Part shown: positions 20,558 through 30,542 of the stretch, one piece after another
Numbering within the stretch: the first letter of the stretch is position 1
Layout of the letters: every line of letters begins with the position of its first letter
Source of the DNA: Minisyncoccota bacterium
Lineage (GTDB): Bacteria > Patescibacteriota > Minisyncoccia > Phycocordibacterales > SBAW01
Assembly (NCBI GenBank): GCA_035546615.1
Contig: DASZWM010000002.1
Span: forward strand, 32,001 to 96,000
Direction: 5' to 3'
DNA length: 64,000 nucleotides
Translations under genes and position numbers: made by a program
The notes under the pieces: generated by a model
Told to the model about the DNA's origin: nothing
The model's input: only the letters and a program-made list of their open reading frames with translations
The model's database searches: none

Positions 20558-20644
20558 TGGTGCCGGGGGGGAGAATCGAACTCCCATGCCATTGCTGGCG
20601 CGGGATTTTGAGTCCCGTGCGTCTACCAATTCCGCCACCCCGGC
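20558..20644 (-). tRNA. tRNA-Leu(CAA) with encoded CCA
   Basis: Reverse complement GCCGGGGTGGCGGAATTGGTAGACGCACGGGACTCAAAATCCCG...GGGAGTTCGATTCTCCCCCCGGCACCA. Confidence 0.85.
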
Positions 20645-20673
20645 TTGTGTTGGCTCGTGTTAGAATATCGTTT

Positions 20674-21672
20674 ATGGCAGGGTTTTACAATAACGCTATT
20701 TTCTGGGTCGAAGTAGAGAAGATACGGCCGAATCCCTTTCAGCCGCGCAAGGAATTCGACGAGGCGAAATTGCGCGATTTGGCAAACTCCGTGCGCCAGT
20801 ACGGCGTAATCCAGCCGCTTACCGTCACGCGACACGAGGTGCAGAAGGAGGACGGCGGGCTGGCTTCCGAATACGAGCTTATCGCCGGCGAGCGCCGGCT
20901 GCGCGCGGCGAAGATGGCGGGCATCACCTCGGTGCCCGTGCTTATCCGCGACTCGTTCGACGACGACAAGACCAAGCTGGAGCTCGCGATAATCGAGAAC
21001 CTTCAGCGCGAGGACCTCAATCCCATAGACCGTGCGCTGGCCTTCGACCGGCTGGTGAAGGAATTCAGCTTCAAGCACGCCGAAGTTGCCGAAAAGATAG
21101 GCAAGAGCCGCGTGTACGTCTCCAACACCATCCGCCTGCTGGGAATGCCTCCGGAAATGCAGCAGGCGCTTTCGGAAGGCAAGATAAGCGAAGGCCACAC
21201 ACGGCCGCTCCTCATGCTTGCCGACCGGCCGCAGGAGCAGAGCGTGCTCTTCCGCGAAATAATGCTGAAGCGGCTCACCGTGCGCGACACAGAAAGCATT
21301 GCGCGGCGCATCGCCTTCGACCGCGTGCGCAAGAAGGAATATCTCTATTCGCCGCAGATACTCGAAATGGAGCGCGAGCTGACCGAGGCGCTCGGCACCC
21401 GCGTTGCCATAGAGCCCAAGGAGAACGGCGGCAAAGTGTCCATAGATTTTATGAGCGAGGAGGACTTGCAGATACTTTTCGCGCACCTGGCGGCCAAGAT
21501 CAATGCTTCAAAAGAGGTGTCGACACAGCTGATACCCGCAGCCGCCACAGCTCTTGCTGAGGAACAGCCGGCGGCTTCCGACGTGCCGCTGGCGCAAAGC
21601 CTCGACGATCGTTCGCGCGACGAAATCACGAAGGACGAAAACACCTTCGACCCGACGAATTTCTCTATCTAG
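20674..21672 (+). CDS. parB: chromosome partitioning protein ParB/Spo0J
   Basis: ParB box motifs (YELIAGERRLRAAK, LELAIIENLQREDLNP). The track ORF start at 20557 overlaps the tRNA; ATG at 20674 chosen. Confidence 0.85.
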   Translation: MAGFYNNAIFWVEVEKIRPNPFQPRKEFDEAKLRDLANSVRQYGVIQPLTVTRHEVQKEDGGLASEYELIAGERRLRAAKMAGITSVPVLIRDSFDDDKTKLELAIIENLQREDLNPIDRALAFDRLVKEFSFKHAEVAEKIGKSRVYVSNTIRLLGMPPEMQQALSEGKISEGHTRPLLMLADRPQEQSVLFREIMLKRLTVRDTESIARRIAFDRVRKKEYLYSPQILEMERELTEALGTRVAIEPKENGGKVSIDFMSEEDLQILFAHLAAKINASKEVSTQLIPAAATALAEEQPAASDVPLAQSLDDRSRDEITKDENTFDPTNFSI

Positions 21673-23219
21673 CCGCTCTTCTCCGCTTCAAGCGCATTCC
21701 GGATGTGCCTTCGGGCAAGAGTGGTTTTGGCGAAGTCGAGCCATTTCTGCTTGGGCCGCGCGTTCTTCTTAGTCTGTATCTCAACGATGTCGCCGTTGTG
21801 AAGCTCGGTATCAAGCGGAACCATCTTGCCGCCCACTTTTGCGCCGAACAGGCGGTCGCCCAGGTCGGAGTGTATGGCGTATGCGAAATCCACGGGGGTT
21901 GCGGCAACCGGCAGGTCTACCACGTCGCCGTGCGGCGTAAAGACGAACACGCGGTGGGAAAATATGTCGCCGCGCACCGCGGTGTCGAAGTCAGGGTCCT
22001 CAAGCTCGTTTTCCTCAAGGCCCGAAAGCCATTCAGGCACCGGCGCGGAGCCGTAGCGCGTGCGCTCGGGGCCTTTTGGCGCGGCATCGGCCTCCGGCTT
22101 TTTCTCGGGCGCGCGGCGGAAACCCGGCAGGAGCGAGCGTATCCAATCGAAGCTGGAACCGCGGCCGCGCGCCGGATCGCCGGCCCCGCCGCGTTCTTTA
22201 TAGATAACGTGGGCGGCGATGCCGAAGAGCGCGTCGCGATGCATCTCTTTGGTGCGTATCTGGACCTCGACGATGCCGCCGTCGCCCGCGAACACCGTGG
22301 TATGGAGCGACTGGTAGCCGTTGGGCTTCGGGAAGGCGATATAGTCCTTGATTTTGTAGGGAAGCGGCTGCCAGAGATTGTTCACGAGCCCCAGCACGCG
22401 GTAGCAGTCCGCGACGTTCTCCACCACGACGCGCAGCGCGGCAATGTCGTAGACCTTGTCGAGCTCGCCGCCTTTGCGCTTGAGCTTCTGCCACAGGCTC
22501 CAGAGGCCCTTCACGCGGAAGTCGGTCTCGAAGTTGCGGATATCGTTCTTGCCGAGCTCTTTCTTGAGCGTGCGGCTCATCTCCTCGAGCCTGTTCTGCG
22601 TTTCTTTGGACTTCTCGGTCAGGAGCTTGCGCGCCTCGGCATATTCTTCCGGGTACGCGTACTCGAACGCGAGGTCTTCCAATTCCTTGCGCACCACTCC
22701 CATGCCTAAACGGTGGGCGATAGCGGCGTATATCTCGAGCGTTTCGAGCGCGATACGCTTTCGTTTCTCGGGCGGGACATGCTTGAGCGTGCGCATGTTG
22801 TGGAGCCTGTCCATCAGCTTGATGATAAGCACGCGCACGTCCTTGCCGGTCGCCACCAGCAGCTTGCGCAAGGACTCGCGATGGCGCTCCGCGCCGCGGT
22901 ACTTGAGGTGTCCGAGCTTGGTAACGCCTTCCACCAAAAACAGCACATCCTTGCCGAACTCTTTCTCAATAGTGGCGGCTTCGACGCCCATATCCTCGAT
23001 GGTGTCGTGGAGCAGTCCGGCGGCGATAGTGCGCGCGCTCATGCCTATTTCGGCGAGCGACTCGGCCGTGGCGGCCAGGTGGGTGATGTACGGCGCGCCG
23101 GAGAAGCGCTTGTGGTCGCGGTGCGCGTGCGCCGCGAACGCGTACGCTTTTTCAACCAGCGCCCTATCCTCCGCGGTGGGGGAGCTCATCTTGCCCAGTA
23201 TGTCTTTCACTTCGGGCAT
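21669..23219 (-). CDS. (p)ppGpp synthetase/hydrolase, RelA/SpoT family (short form)
   Basis: HD domain (HLAATAESLAEIG...LLHDTIED), synthetase domain (YQSLHTTV), TGS domain. Confidence 0.9.
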   Translation of the reverse strand: MPEVKDILGKMSSPTAEDRALVEKAYAFAAHAHRDHKRFSGAPYITHLAATAESLAEIGMSARTIAAGLLHDTIEDMGVEAATIEKEFGKDVLFLVEGVTKLGHLKYRGAERHRESLRKLLVATGKDVRVLIIKLMDRLHNMRTLKHVPPEKRKRIALETLEIYAAIAHRLGMGVVRKELEDLAFEYAYPEEYAEARKLLTEKSKETQNRLEEMSRTLKKELGKNDIRNFETDFRVKGLWSLWQKLKRKGGELDKVYDIAALRVVVENVADCYRVLGLVNNLWQPLPYKIKDYIAFPKPNGYQSLHTTVFAGDGGIVEVQIRTKEMHRDALFGIAAHVIYKERGGAGDPARGRGSSFDWIRSLLPGFRRAPEKKPEADAAPKGPERTRYGSAPVPEWLSGLEENELEDPDFDTAVRGDIFSHRVFVFTPHGDVVDLPVAATPVDFAYAIHSDLGDRLFGAKVGGKMVPLDTELHNGDIVEIQTKKNARPKQKWLDFAKTTLARRHIRNALEAEKSG

Positions 23220-23248
23220 ATCCTCTAATACTACTCCTTTTGCAGTAA

Positions 23249-25468
23249 TTATTCCGCTTTTTTCTTTGCAAAGCCTCTGCGCTTCTTTTCTTCGCTCAGT
23301 ATCTCAAGCGCGCGATCGAGCGTAATCGCATATACGTCATCGGTTTTGAGTGAGCGGAAGTCGGGTTTGGGCTTCGTATTGTGGGCGATATAGGGACCAA
23401 AACGGCCGATGTTTGCAGTAATGGTCTCCTCGGTATCGGGGTGTACACCGAGCACGCGTGGGAGGCTCAAATACTTAAGAGCATCTTCAAGCGTAACTTC
23501 TTCGGGCACTTTTTCTTTGGGGATGGAGCCGCGCTTGGGCTTGTTCTTGGACTTCGAGCCCTTGCCGGTCGGCGTTTCGCCCACCTGCACGTACGGGCCG
23601 AATCGTCCGGTCAGCACGTAAATGGGCTCGCCGGTCTCCGGATAATTGCCGATGGGCTTGGGCGGCTCGTTTGAAATAACTTCGCCGGTCTCCGTGCGCG
23701 CGCCGAGGCAGTCGGGGAAGCGCGAGCAGGACATGAACTTGCCCTGGCGCGAGAGCTTGAACACCATGGGGCTGCCGCAGAGGGGGCATTTGAACTCTTC
23801 CGGCGCGGGACCGAGATCGGTAATCTTACCGGCCTCCTTATCCTTCAATTTAACGTCCTTAAGGAACGGGGTGTAGAAATCGCCGAGGGTCTTGGCATAT
23901 TCGCGCTTGCCCTGCGCGATGTCGTCGAGCTCGTCTTCCATCTCGGCGGTAAAGGTATCTGAAATATAGTTGGCGAAGTTATCCTCGAGGAAGCTCGATA
24001 CCACGTCGCCGGTGTCGGTGGGCATAAGCGTGCGGCCTTCCTTCAATACGTAGCCGCGGTCCTGGAGCGTCTTCATGATGCTCGCGTACGTGGACGGGCG
24101 GCCGATGCCGCGCTTCTCAAGCTCCTTTATGAGGCCGGCCTCGGTATAGCGGTTGGGCGGAGTGGTAGCCTTTTCCTCGGCCGACACGTCCTTAACGTCG
24201 AGCACTTCCTTGGCCGATACTTTCGGCAGTTCCACATCCTCGCCGCGGGCCGCAGGGTCGGCCTTGAGCCAGCCGTCGAATACGACGCGCGAGCCGTTGG
24301 CCGCAAATTGGGGGATCTTGGCGTTCTTGGTCTCGGCTACGACTTTCGTCTTGAGGAGCTTTGCATCCGCCATCTGGGAGGCGATTGTGCGCGCCCAGAT
24401 AAGCTCGTAGAGCTTTTTCTGGTCCGGGGTCGTGCCGACCGACTCCTTTTCTATGTGGGTGGGACGCACCGCCTCGTGGGCTTCCTGCGCGTTCTTGGAC
24501 TTGGCGGCGAAGGTATGCGCCTCGACATAGTTCTTGCCGTACTTCTTTTCGGCGTGGGCAAGTATGGAGGCGCGCGCCGGAGCGCCGAGGTTGGTCGAGT
24601 CGGTGCGCATGTAGGTGATATGCCCGGCTTCATACAGCTTCTGCGCGATGCGCATAGTATTGGAAGGGGAATACCCGAGGCGCGTCGAAGCCGCCTGCTG
24701 GAGGGTGGAAGTGGTGAACGGCGCCCGGGGTGCGCGCTTCATTTCGCTTTCGGTCACGTCCAAGACGGTAAGCCCGTCCTTTTTGACGGCCTCTAGTATC
24801 TTGTCAGCCTCGTCCTTCTTGCGCGGCTCCTCGACGCAGGTAAGCATCAGGTCATCCTTTGCCTCGGTCTTCGTCGCCGCAGTTATTACATAAAACGTTT
24901 CGGGTACGAAGGCGCGTATCTCGCGCTCGCGCTCCATGATGATGCGCAAGGCGGGGCTCTGCACGCGTCCGGCCGAAAGCCCGTAGCGCACTTTCTTCCA
25001 AATGAGGCCGGAGAGGTCGTAGCCCACGAGGCGGTCGAGCACGCGGCGGGCCTCCTGGGCGAAGCGGAGGTTCTGGTCTATCTGGCGCGGATTCGCGAGC
25101 GCCTCGGCAATGGCTTCCTTGGTAATTTCGTGGAATACGATGCGCTCGGGCTTTTTGAGCTTAAGCTCCTGGCCGATGTGCCAGGCGATAGCCTCGCCCT
25201 CGCGGTCGGGGTCGGTCGCGAGTATGACCTCGTCGGCCTTCTTGGCGAGATGCGCCAGCTCGTCGATGACCTTGGCCTTGCCGGGCACGACCTCGTAGTG
25301 GGGGACGAAGCCCGCCGGAATGTCGATGGCTTTCTTATTGGACTTCGGCAGGTCGCGCACGTGGCCCACGGATGCCCGCACGACGAAATCGCCTTTCTTG
25401 TCTATTTCGGAAAGGTACTTCTCAATAGTTTTCGCCTTGGCGGGCGACTCGACGATGACCAGTTTCAT
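23249..25468 (-). CDS. topA: DNA topoisomerase I
   Basis: TOPRIM start MKLVIVESPAKAKTIEKYL; C-terminal Zn-ribbon CPLCGSPM. Confidence 0.9.
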   Translation of the reverse strand: MKLVIVESPAKAKTIEKYLSEIDKKGDFVVRASVGHVRDLPKSNKKAIDIPAGFVPHYEVVPGKAKVIDELAHLAKKADEVILATDPDREGEAIAWHIGQELKLKKPERIVFHEITKEAIAEALANPRQIDQNLRFAQEARRVLDRLVGYDLSGLIWKKVRYGLSAGRVQSPALRIIMEREREIRAFVPETFYVITAATKTEAKDDLMLTCVEEPRKKDEADKILEAVKKDGLTVLDVTESEMKRAPRAPFTTSTLQQAASTRLGYSPSNTMRIAQKLYEAGHITYMRTDSTNLGAPARASILAHAEKKYGKNYVEAHTFAAKSKNAQEAHEAVRPTHIEKESVGTTPDQKKLYELIWARTIASQMADAKLLKTKVVAETKNAKIPQFAANGSRVVFDGWLKADPAARGEDVELPKVSAKEVLDVKDVSAEEKATTPPNRYTEAGLIKELEKRGIGRPSTYASIMKTLQDRGYVLKEGRTLMPTDTGDVVSSFLEDNFANYISDTFTAEMEDELDDIAQGKREYAKTLGDFYTPFLKDVKLKDKEAGKITDLGPAPEEFKCPLCGSPMVFKLSRQGKFMSCSRFPDCLGARTETGEVISNEPPKPIGNYPETGEPIYVLTGRFGPYVQVGETPTGKGSKSKNKPKRGSIPKEKVPEEVTLEDALKYLSLPRVLGVHPDTEETITANIGRFGPYIAHNTKPKPDFRSLKTDDVYAITLDRALEILSEEKKRRGFAKKKAE

Positions 25469-25506
25469 TGGATGCCTTGGATACTACAGTAGCACAGTGC
25501 GGAACA

Positions 25507-28500
25507 TTACCCTTTTTCCACTTCGCTTGGCAAGCGCCCCGGCCAGCGGTACACGAGCGTCGGAATGAGAATGAGCGTCAGTATCATCGCGAAGGAAAGC
25601 CCGAAAAGAATGGCGAACGCCAGCGGCCCCCACAGGGCGGACGCGAAGGTGAGCGGTATCATGCCGATCACCGTGGTGATGGTCGTGAGGACGATGGGGC
25701 GCAGGCGCGAGGTCGCCGCCTCGACCACGATGTCGGAGAATGTGCGGCCCGCTCCCGCGTGGAGGCGCTGGAGTATGGAGTCCATGAGGATGATGGCGTG
25801 GTTGATAATGACGCCCGCGAGCGCAATGACGCCCAGAAGCGAGGAGAACGAGAGCGTCTGGCCGGTCAGCACCAGGCCGCCGAACACGCCGATGAGAGAA
25901 AGCGGGATAATGGCGAGCAGATACGTGGTGTAGCGGAATGAGTTGAAGGCAAGCACGAGAATGACGAACATAAGCGCCATGCCCGCCAACAGCGCGATAC
26001 CCATCTCGGCGAAGGACTGATTGGTCTCTTCGTTCTCGCCGCCGATAGATACCGTGACGCCCACGGGAAGCTCGACGCTCTTCATCTTCTCGTTGTACGC
26101 GGCAAGCACCGCTCCGGCGGTGTAGCCCGGCAGCGTATTGGCCGACAAGGTTACTATGCGCTCCCGGTCCTCGTGGTTGATTGTCGAGTCGTTGCGCGCC
26201 ACGCTTTCCTCAAGGAGCGAGCCGAGCAGTATCGTAGTCCCGCTCTGGGTGGTGATAGGCACCTGATGAAGCGCGTCTATGGTGGCGTTTGAGGCGTCAT
26301 GCGGGTCAATGTAGGACGGGTTTAGATTGAGAAGCACGTTTATGTCCACGTCGCGCTCGGCGCCCGAAATGGACGTTGCCTTCATGCCCGACACCGCGGT
26401 GCGCAGGGTAGAGGCCACTTGCGCGGCCGTCACGCCCGCCTGCGCGAGCCGCGAGCGGTCGATGCGAAGCTCGAACTGAACGGTCTCGTTCTTGTTTGAA
26501 GCGTCGACGCTGGTGGCGCCGGGTGTCGACTCGAGCACGCCGCGCGCGGCCGCCACCGCCGCATCCAGCGCGTCGCGGTCGGAGCCGAGGAACTTAATAA
26601 GTACGGGCGCGCCCACGGGCGGGCCGCCGGTCGGCTGGTCGGACGTTACCTTGGCGCTCCGGATGCCGGAAAGCTCTTTCCGGACTTGGCTCAGCACTTC
26701 GGTGCTGGTCTTCGAGCGGCCTTTCGGCAAATTGATGGTGAGGCTCGCAAATCGCGGATCGGACTGGGGATTGCCGCTGAATTCGCTGGTGCGGCCGACG
26801 GTCGTCACGAAGGACGCGATGTCGTGGTCGTTGTACAGCACTTCCTCCACCTGGCGCGCGACCAGATCGCTCTGATTGAGCGACGAGCCCGGCGGAAGCT
26901 CAATATCGGTATATAAAAAGTCTATGTCATCCTGCGGGAAAAAGCTCACGGGAAGCAGTCCCGCGATGGGCAGGGCGAGGGCCAGAACGAACGCGAGCGC
27001 CATGCCCCACAGGAAGCGGTTCTGGTTCTTCTTGTGATGCAGGAAGCTTTTCAGCTTCGCGGAGTACCAGGTACGCGCCGCCTCGGCGTACTCTTCCTGC
27101 TTGTCCAAGAGCCAGCCGCGCGCGCCTATCTTCTGCGAGAACATCATGGTGAGCGTCGGCACCAGCCCCAGCGCCACGAAAATGGAGGCGATGAGCACGA
27201 ATATGAGCGTGTACGGGATGCCGGCGATGAATTTGCCCACGATGCCCGAAATAAAGAAGAGCGGGAAGAACACCGCGACGGTCGTCATCGTGCCGCCGAT
27301 GAGCGGCCAAGCGTACTCGCGGAGGGCCTCGAAGGCAGCCACTTTTTTGTCGCCGAACGTGCGTATGCGGGTGTGTATGGCTTCGACGACGACGATGCCG
27401 GAGTCCACGAGGATGCCGATGGCGAGAATGAGCGAGAAGAGGGAAATAAAGTTGAGCGTGTTGCCGGTGTAGAGGAGCCCGACGAACGCGATAAGGAACG
27501 AAAGGGGAATGGAAAGGCCCGCGACTATCGCCTCGCGCCAGCCGATGGTCGCAAAGAGCACGAGCATCACGAGCACGACGGTCTCAAGCCCCGTGCGGGT
27601 AAGCTCGGTCAGGTCCTGCTGCACCTCGTCGCCGGCGTCCAGCGACACCACGACCTGGCTGCCGTCCAGAAGCCCTGCCTTGAGCGTATCAAGCCTTGCC
27701 TTCACCGCGCGGGTCACAGCGGTCACGTCCTGTCCGCGCACTTTGTATACCAAAAGGGTCATGGCCTGCTCGGAGGGCGCGCCCGCAACCGAGATGCGCG
27801 AGTAGGAGGTCGCCTTCTCGACGCCGTCGGACACGTCGGCGATATCGCGCACGTAGATGACCTGCCCGCCGACGTTCAGTATCGCCACCGAGCCGATGTC
27901 CTCGGTCGTATCGAAGCTGCCGTCGAAGGCGATATTGTAGTTGATGTCATTGACCTCGATGGAGCCCACCGGAAGCGACGAGTTCGCAGCGCCTATGGCC
28001 GCCACGACCTGGGGGAGCGAAATGCCGTAGCGCGCGAGGTCCTCCTTGCGCACGACGACGTCTATCTCGCGGTTGCGCACACCGGAGATGTCTACGCGCT
28101 GGACTCCCTTCACGGCCTGGAGCTCGTTCTGTACCTGATCGGCCAGTTCCGCCAGCTGGGCGAAGGGCTCGTTGGCGGAAATGGAGATTATCTGTATAGG
28201 CTGGTCGACGAAGTTCACGTCAGATACCGTCGGGTCCTTCGCTTCCGCCGGGAGGTCCACTTTCGCCTTATCGACCTCGTCCTTGAGCTTCTGGATGGAC
28301 TTGTCGAGGTCGGCCGACGCGAGGAACTGCACGGTCACGACCGAGATGCCGTCGCGCGATGTCGAGGTGAGCGTGTCGAGGTTCTCGATGTTGGCCAGAT
28401 GCTCTTCAAGCTTGTTAGTGACCAGGCGCTCGACGTCCTCGGCCGATGCGCCCGGAAGCACGGTCGATACGATGCCCACCGGGATGGATACTTCCGGCGC

Positions 28501-28611
28501 CGACTCCTTGGTGATGCGTACGGCCGCGAAGACGCCCGATATCGTGACCGCCGCGATGACGAGCAGGGTGAACTGGCGCTTTTCTATGAAGAATTTCCAG
28601 AATGACAGCAT
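25507..28611 (-). CDS. RND family efflux transporter permease (AcrB-like)
   Basis: 1034 aa, 12-TM RND architecture with two large periplasmic loops. Confidence 0.9.
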   Translation of the reverse strand: MLSFWKFFIEKRQFTLLVIAAVTISGVFAAVRITKESAPEVSIPVGIVSTVLPGASAEDVERLVTNKLEEHLANIENLDTLTSTSRDGISVVTVQFLASADLDKSIQKLKDEVDKAKVDLPAEAKDPTVSDVNFVDQPIQIISISANEPFAQLAELADQVQNELQAVKGVQRVDISGVRNREIDVVVRKEDLARYGISLPQVVAAIGAANSSLPVGSIEVNDINYNIAFDGSFDTTEDIGSVAILNVGGQVIYVRDIADVSDGVEKATSYSRISVAGAPSEQAMTLLVYKVRGQDVTAVTRAVKARLDTLKAGLLDGSQVVVSLDAGDEVQQDLTELTRTGLETVVLVMLVLFATIGWREAIVAGLSIPLSFLIAFVGLLYTGNTLNFISLFSLILAIGILVDSGIVVVEAIHTRIRTFGDKKVAAFEALREYAWPLIGGTMTTVAVFFPLFFISGIVGKFIAGIPYTLIFVLIASIFVALGLVPTLTMMFSQKIGARGWLLDKQEEYAEAARTWYSAKLKSFLHHKKNQNRFLWGMALAFVLALALPIAGLLPVSFFPQDDIDFLYTDIELPPGSSLNQSDLVARQVEEVLYNDHDIASFVTTVGRTSEFSGNPQSDPRFASLTINLPKGRSKTSTEVLSQVRKELSGIRSAKVTSDQPTGGPPVGAPVLIKFLGSDRDALDAAVAAARGVLESTPGATSVDASNKNETVQFELRIDRSRLAQAGVTAAQVASTLRTAVSGMKATSISGAERDVDINVLLNLNPSYIDPHDASNATIDALHQVPITTQSGTTILLGSLLEESVARNDSTINHEDRERIVTLSANTLPGYTAGAVLAAYNEKMKSVELPVGVTVSIGGENEETNQSFAEMGIALLAGMALMFVILVLAFNSFRYTTYLLAIIPLSLIGVFGGLVLTGQTLSFSSLLGVIALAGVIINHAIILMDSILQRLHAGAGRTFSDIVVEAATSRLRPIVLTTITTVIGMIPLTFASALWGPLAFAILFGLSFAMILTLILIPTLVYRWPGRLPSEVEKG

Positions 28612-28628
28612 GGGATGATGCGGCGGGA

Positions 28629-30158
28629 TTACTGCGCTACTTCTACCGTTTCCCTCGCGCGCAGGCCCCGGGCGTCCGTGACTATCAGCATGTCGGGAGT
28701 GGCGCCGTCGAGTATGACCACGCGGTCGCCGAGCAGCTCGCCTATCGTTACTGTATGCGCCACGAGCATATTGTTCGCGTCCACCGTAAAGACGCTCATG
28801 CCGCCCTGGCCAATCTTAAGCGCCGCAAGGGGAATGACGAGGCGCGCGGGAGCGGCGGCCGTGGCGGCGTTTTGCGCGCGGGCAAGCTCGACCGTGACCG
28901 ACTGGCCGTTGATGAGAGCGGTCGCGGAGCCGCTGATGCCGACGCGCACCTCTATTTTCTTGGTGACGGGGTCAATGGCGGGCGCGATGCGGGTTATGAC
29001 GCCGTCTGCCGAGCCGCCGAGCTTCGCCTTGCCGCCTACCGCAAGCTGGCGGGCGTCGGATTCGGTGACATAGGCTACCACTTCAAGCGCGCCGTTGTTG
29101 GCTACCGTAAGGACCGCGGAGCCGAGCTGGACGTAGTCGCCGCGCTTCAGCGACAGGGAATTGATAGTGCCGGAAATGGGGGCGCGGATGAGCGTATGCT
29201 CAAGGTTGGCGCGCGCGGAGGCGAGGCCCGCCTGGGCCTGCTTTACCGCCGCGGCGCTGACCGAGGCGTTTGCGCCGGTGCCCGCGATGCTCTGGCGGGC
29301 GCTGCCGAGCGCGGTTATGGAGGCGGTCACGGCCGTGCGCGCCGCGATAGTGGCAGCCTTATAGCCGTCCAGCACCGATGCGGTCACGACCTCGTCGGGC
29401 TCGCCGGCGTTAAGCGCGCGCAGGAGGGCATCGAGGAAGTTGCGCACCTGCTGGAGCTCGGCTTCGGTTTGAGCAAGCTCGCCGCTTTGGTCTGAGGCGG
29501 AAGAGATCTGCGCCGATGCGGCCTTCTGCCTGTCGAGCGCGGCATCGAGCGCGCTGCGCAGGCTTTCGGCCTCGCGTTTGGAGGCGGAATCTTCCGTCTT
29601 TACGCGCAGGTAATACGTGTGCGGCGTGGTATCCGGATTGATGAACATAGGGTCCGCCGCGTTGTGCACCGCGTTGTCTGCCGCCGCGTAGGCGGAGAGG
29701 AGCGCGCTTGCGGCGCTGGTGCCTGAAATGCCGGCGGAGGCCTGCGCCGCCTCGACGCCGGCCTGCGCCTGGAGCACCGCCGCGCGCTCGGACGCGTTCT
29801 CGACTTCCGCTACCACCGCGCCCGCGCCGACGTAGTCGCCGAGCTGGTAGTTGAGCGAGGTAATCTCGCCGGATTTCTCCGCGCGCACGGTAGCCTCGGA
29901 CTTGGAGCTCACGGTGCCCGCTACCGAAAGCCCGGAGGTCTGGTTGGAAAGGTCGGCGATGGAGCGCAGCTCAACGCTGCGGGTATTGTTCGGCGCCGCC
30001 GCTTCGGAAGCGCCGCCTGAGAACGCCGCGTGGAGGACGATAAGCAGGACGACCAGAACGCCCGCCCCCGCGGCGAGTTTTTTCCAGCCCAGACGCTTGG
30101 CTGTACGGGTCAGATACGAAACGAAGTCCTGGAGGCGCGCGAAAATAGATTGCAACAT
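28629..30158 (-). CDS. efflux RND periplasmic adaptor (membrane fusion protein, HlyD family)
   Basis: N-terminal TM, biotinyl/lipoyl-like hairpin (SGEITSLNYQLGDYV), long coiled coils, beta-barrel C-terminus. Confidence 0.8.
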   Translation of the reverse strand: MLQSIFARLQDFVSYLTRTAKRLGWKKLAAGAGVLVVLLIVLHAAFSGGASEAAAPNNTRSVELRSIADLSNQTSGLSVAGTVSSKSEATVRAEKSGEITSLNYQLGDYVGAGAVVAEVENASERAAVLQAQAGVEAAQASAGISGTSAASALLSAYAAADNAVHNAADPMFINPDTTPHTYYLRVKTEDSASKREAESLRSALDAALDRQKAASAQISSASDQSGELAQTEAELQQVRNFLDALLRALNAGEPDEVVTASVLDGYKAATIAARTAVTASITALGSARQSIAGTGANASVSAAAVKQAQAGLASARANLEHTLIRAPISGTINSLSLKRGDYVQLGSAVLTVANNGALEVVAYVTESDARQLAVGGKAKLGGSADGVITRIAPAIDPVTKKIEVRVGISGSATALINGQSVTVELARAQNAATAAAPARLVIPLAALKIGQGGMSVFTVDANNMLVAHTVTIGELLGDRVVILDGATPDMLIVTDARGLRARETVEVAQ

Positions 30159-30167
30159 ATGAAAATA

Positions 30168-30419
30168 TTATCTGTTCTTCTTAATAATACCCTGAATGAC
30201 GTTGAGCCGCTTGGACAGGTGGGTGGCGAACTTCTCGACGCCCGATAGCTTCGCGAAGGTCACCATCTCGCCGCCCATGCCGAACACAAGCAGTTTCTGG
30301 CCCTTCTTGAGGCCCATCGCCTCGCGGGCGTCCGCGGGAATGACTATCTGGCCCTTTTCGCCCAAGGTCGTGATGCCGTATATCTTCTCCGCGGGGTGGT
30401 GAGCATGGTTCTTAAGCAT
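30168..30419 (-). CDS. AbrB/MazE/SpoVT family DNA-binding protein
   Basis: Swapped-hairpin motif GEKGQIVIPADAREAMGLKKGQKL; first gene of the efflux operon. Confidence 0.65.
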   Translation of the reverse strand: MLKNHAHHPAEKIYGITTLGEKGQIVIPADAREAMGLKKGQKLLVFGMGGEMVTFAKLSGVEKFATHLSKRLNVIQGIIKKNR

Positions 30420-30507
30420 AGTATGAAATGTATTACTTTTCCTACACTGTACCGCAGGAAGGCCGTGCGGTCAATGAAGGCTTACGTGGCGTAAAAAATG
30501 CCCCGCG

Positions 30508-30535
30508 CGACTATGAGTCGCGCGGGGTGATGTTG
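30508..30535 (-). terminator. intrinsic terminator 3' of the gcrA-like gene
   Basis: Minus-strand ccccgcgcgactcatagtcgcgcgggg followed by a T-run. Confidence 0.45.
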
Positions 30536-30542
30536 TCTGGGC

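Noticed and set aside
20557-20673. N-terminal 39 codons of track ORF 20557..21672
   Set aside because: Overlaps tRNA-Leu(CAA) on the opposite strand. The ParB homology begins at the ATG at 20674.
21705-22709. 334-aa plus-strand ORF
   Set aside because: Antisense to the RelA/SpoT gene; no motifs.
27034-28605. 523-aa plus-strand ORF inside the RND gene
   Set aside because: Antisense to a clear AcrB-like gene; a repetitive Arg/Glu/His-rich high-GC artefact.
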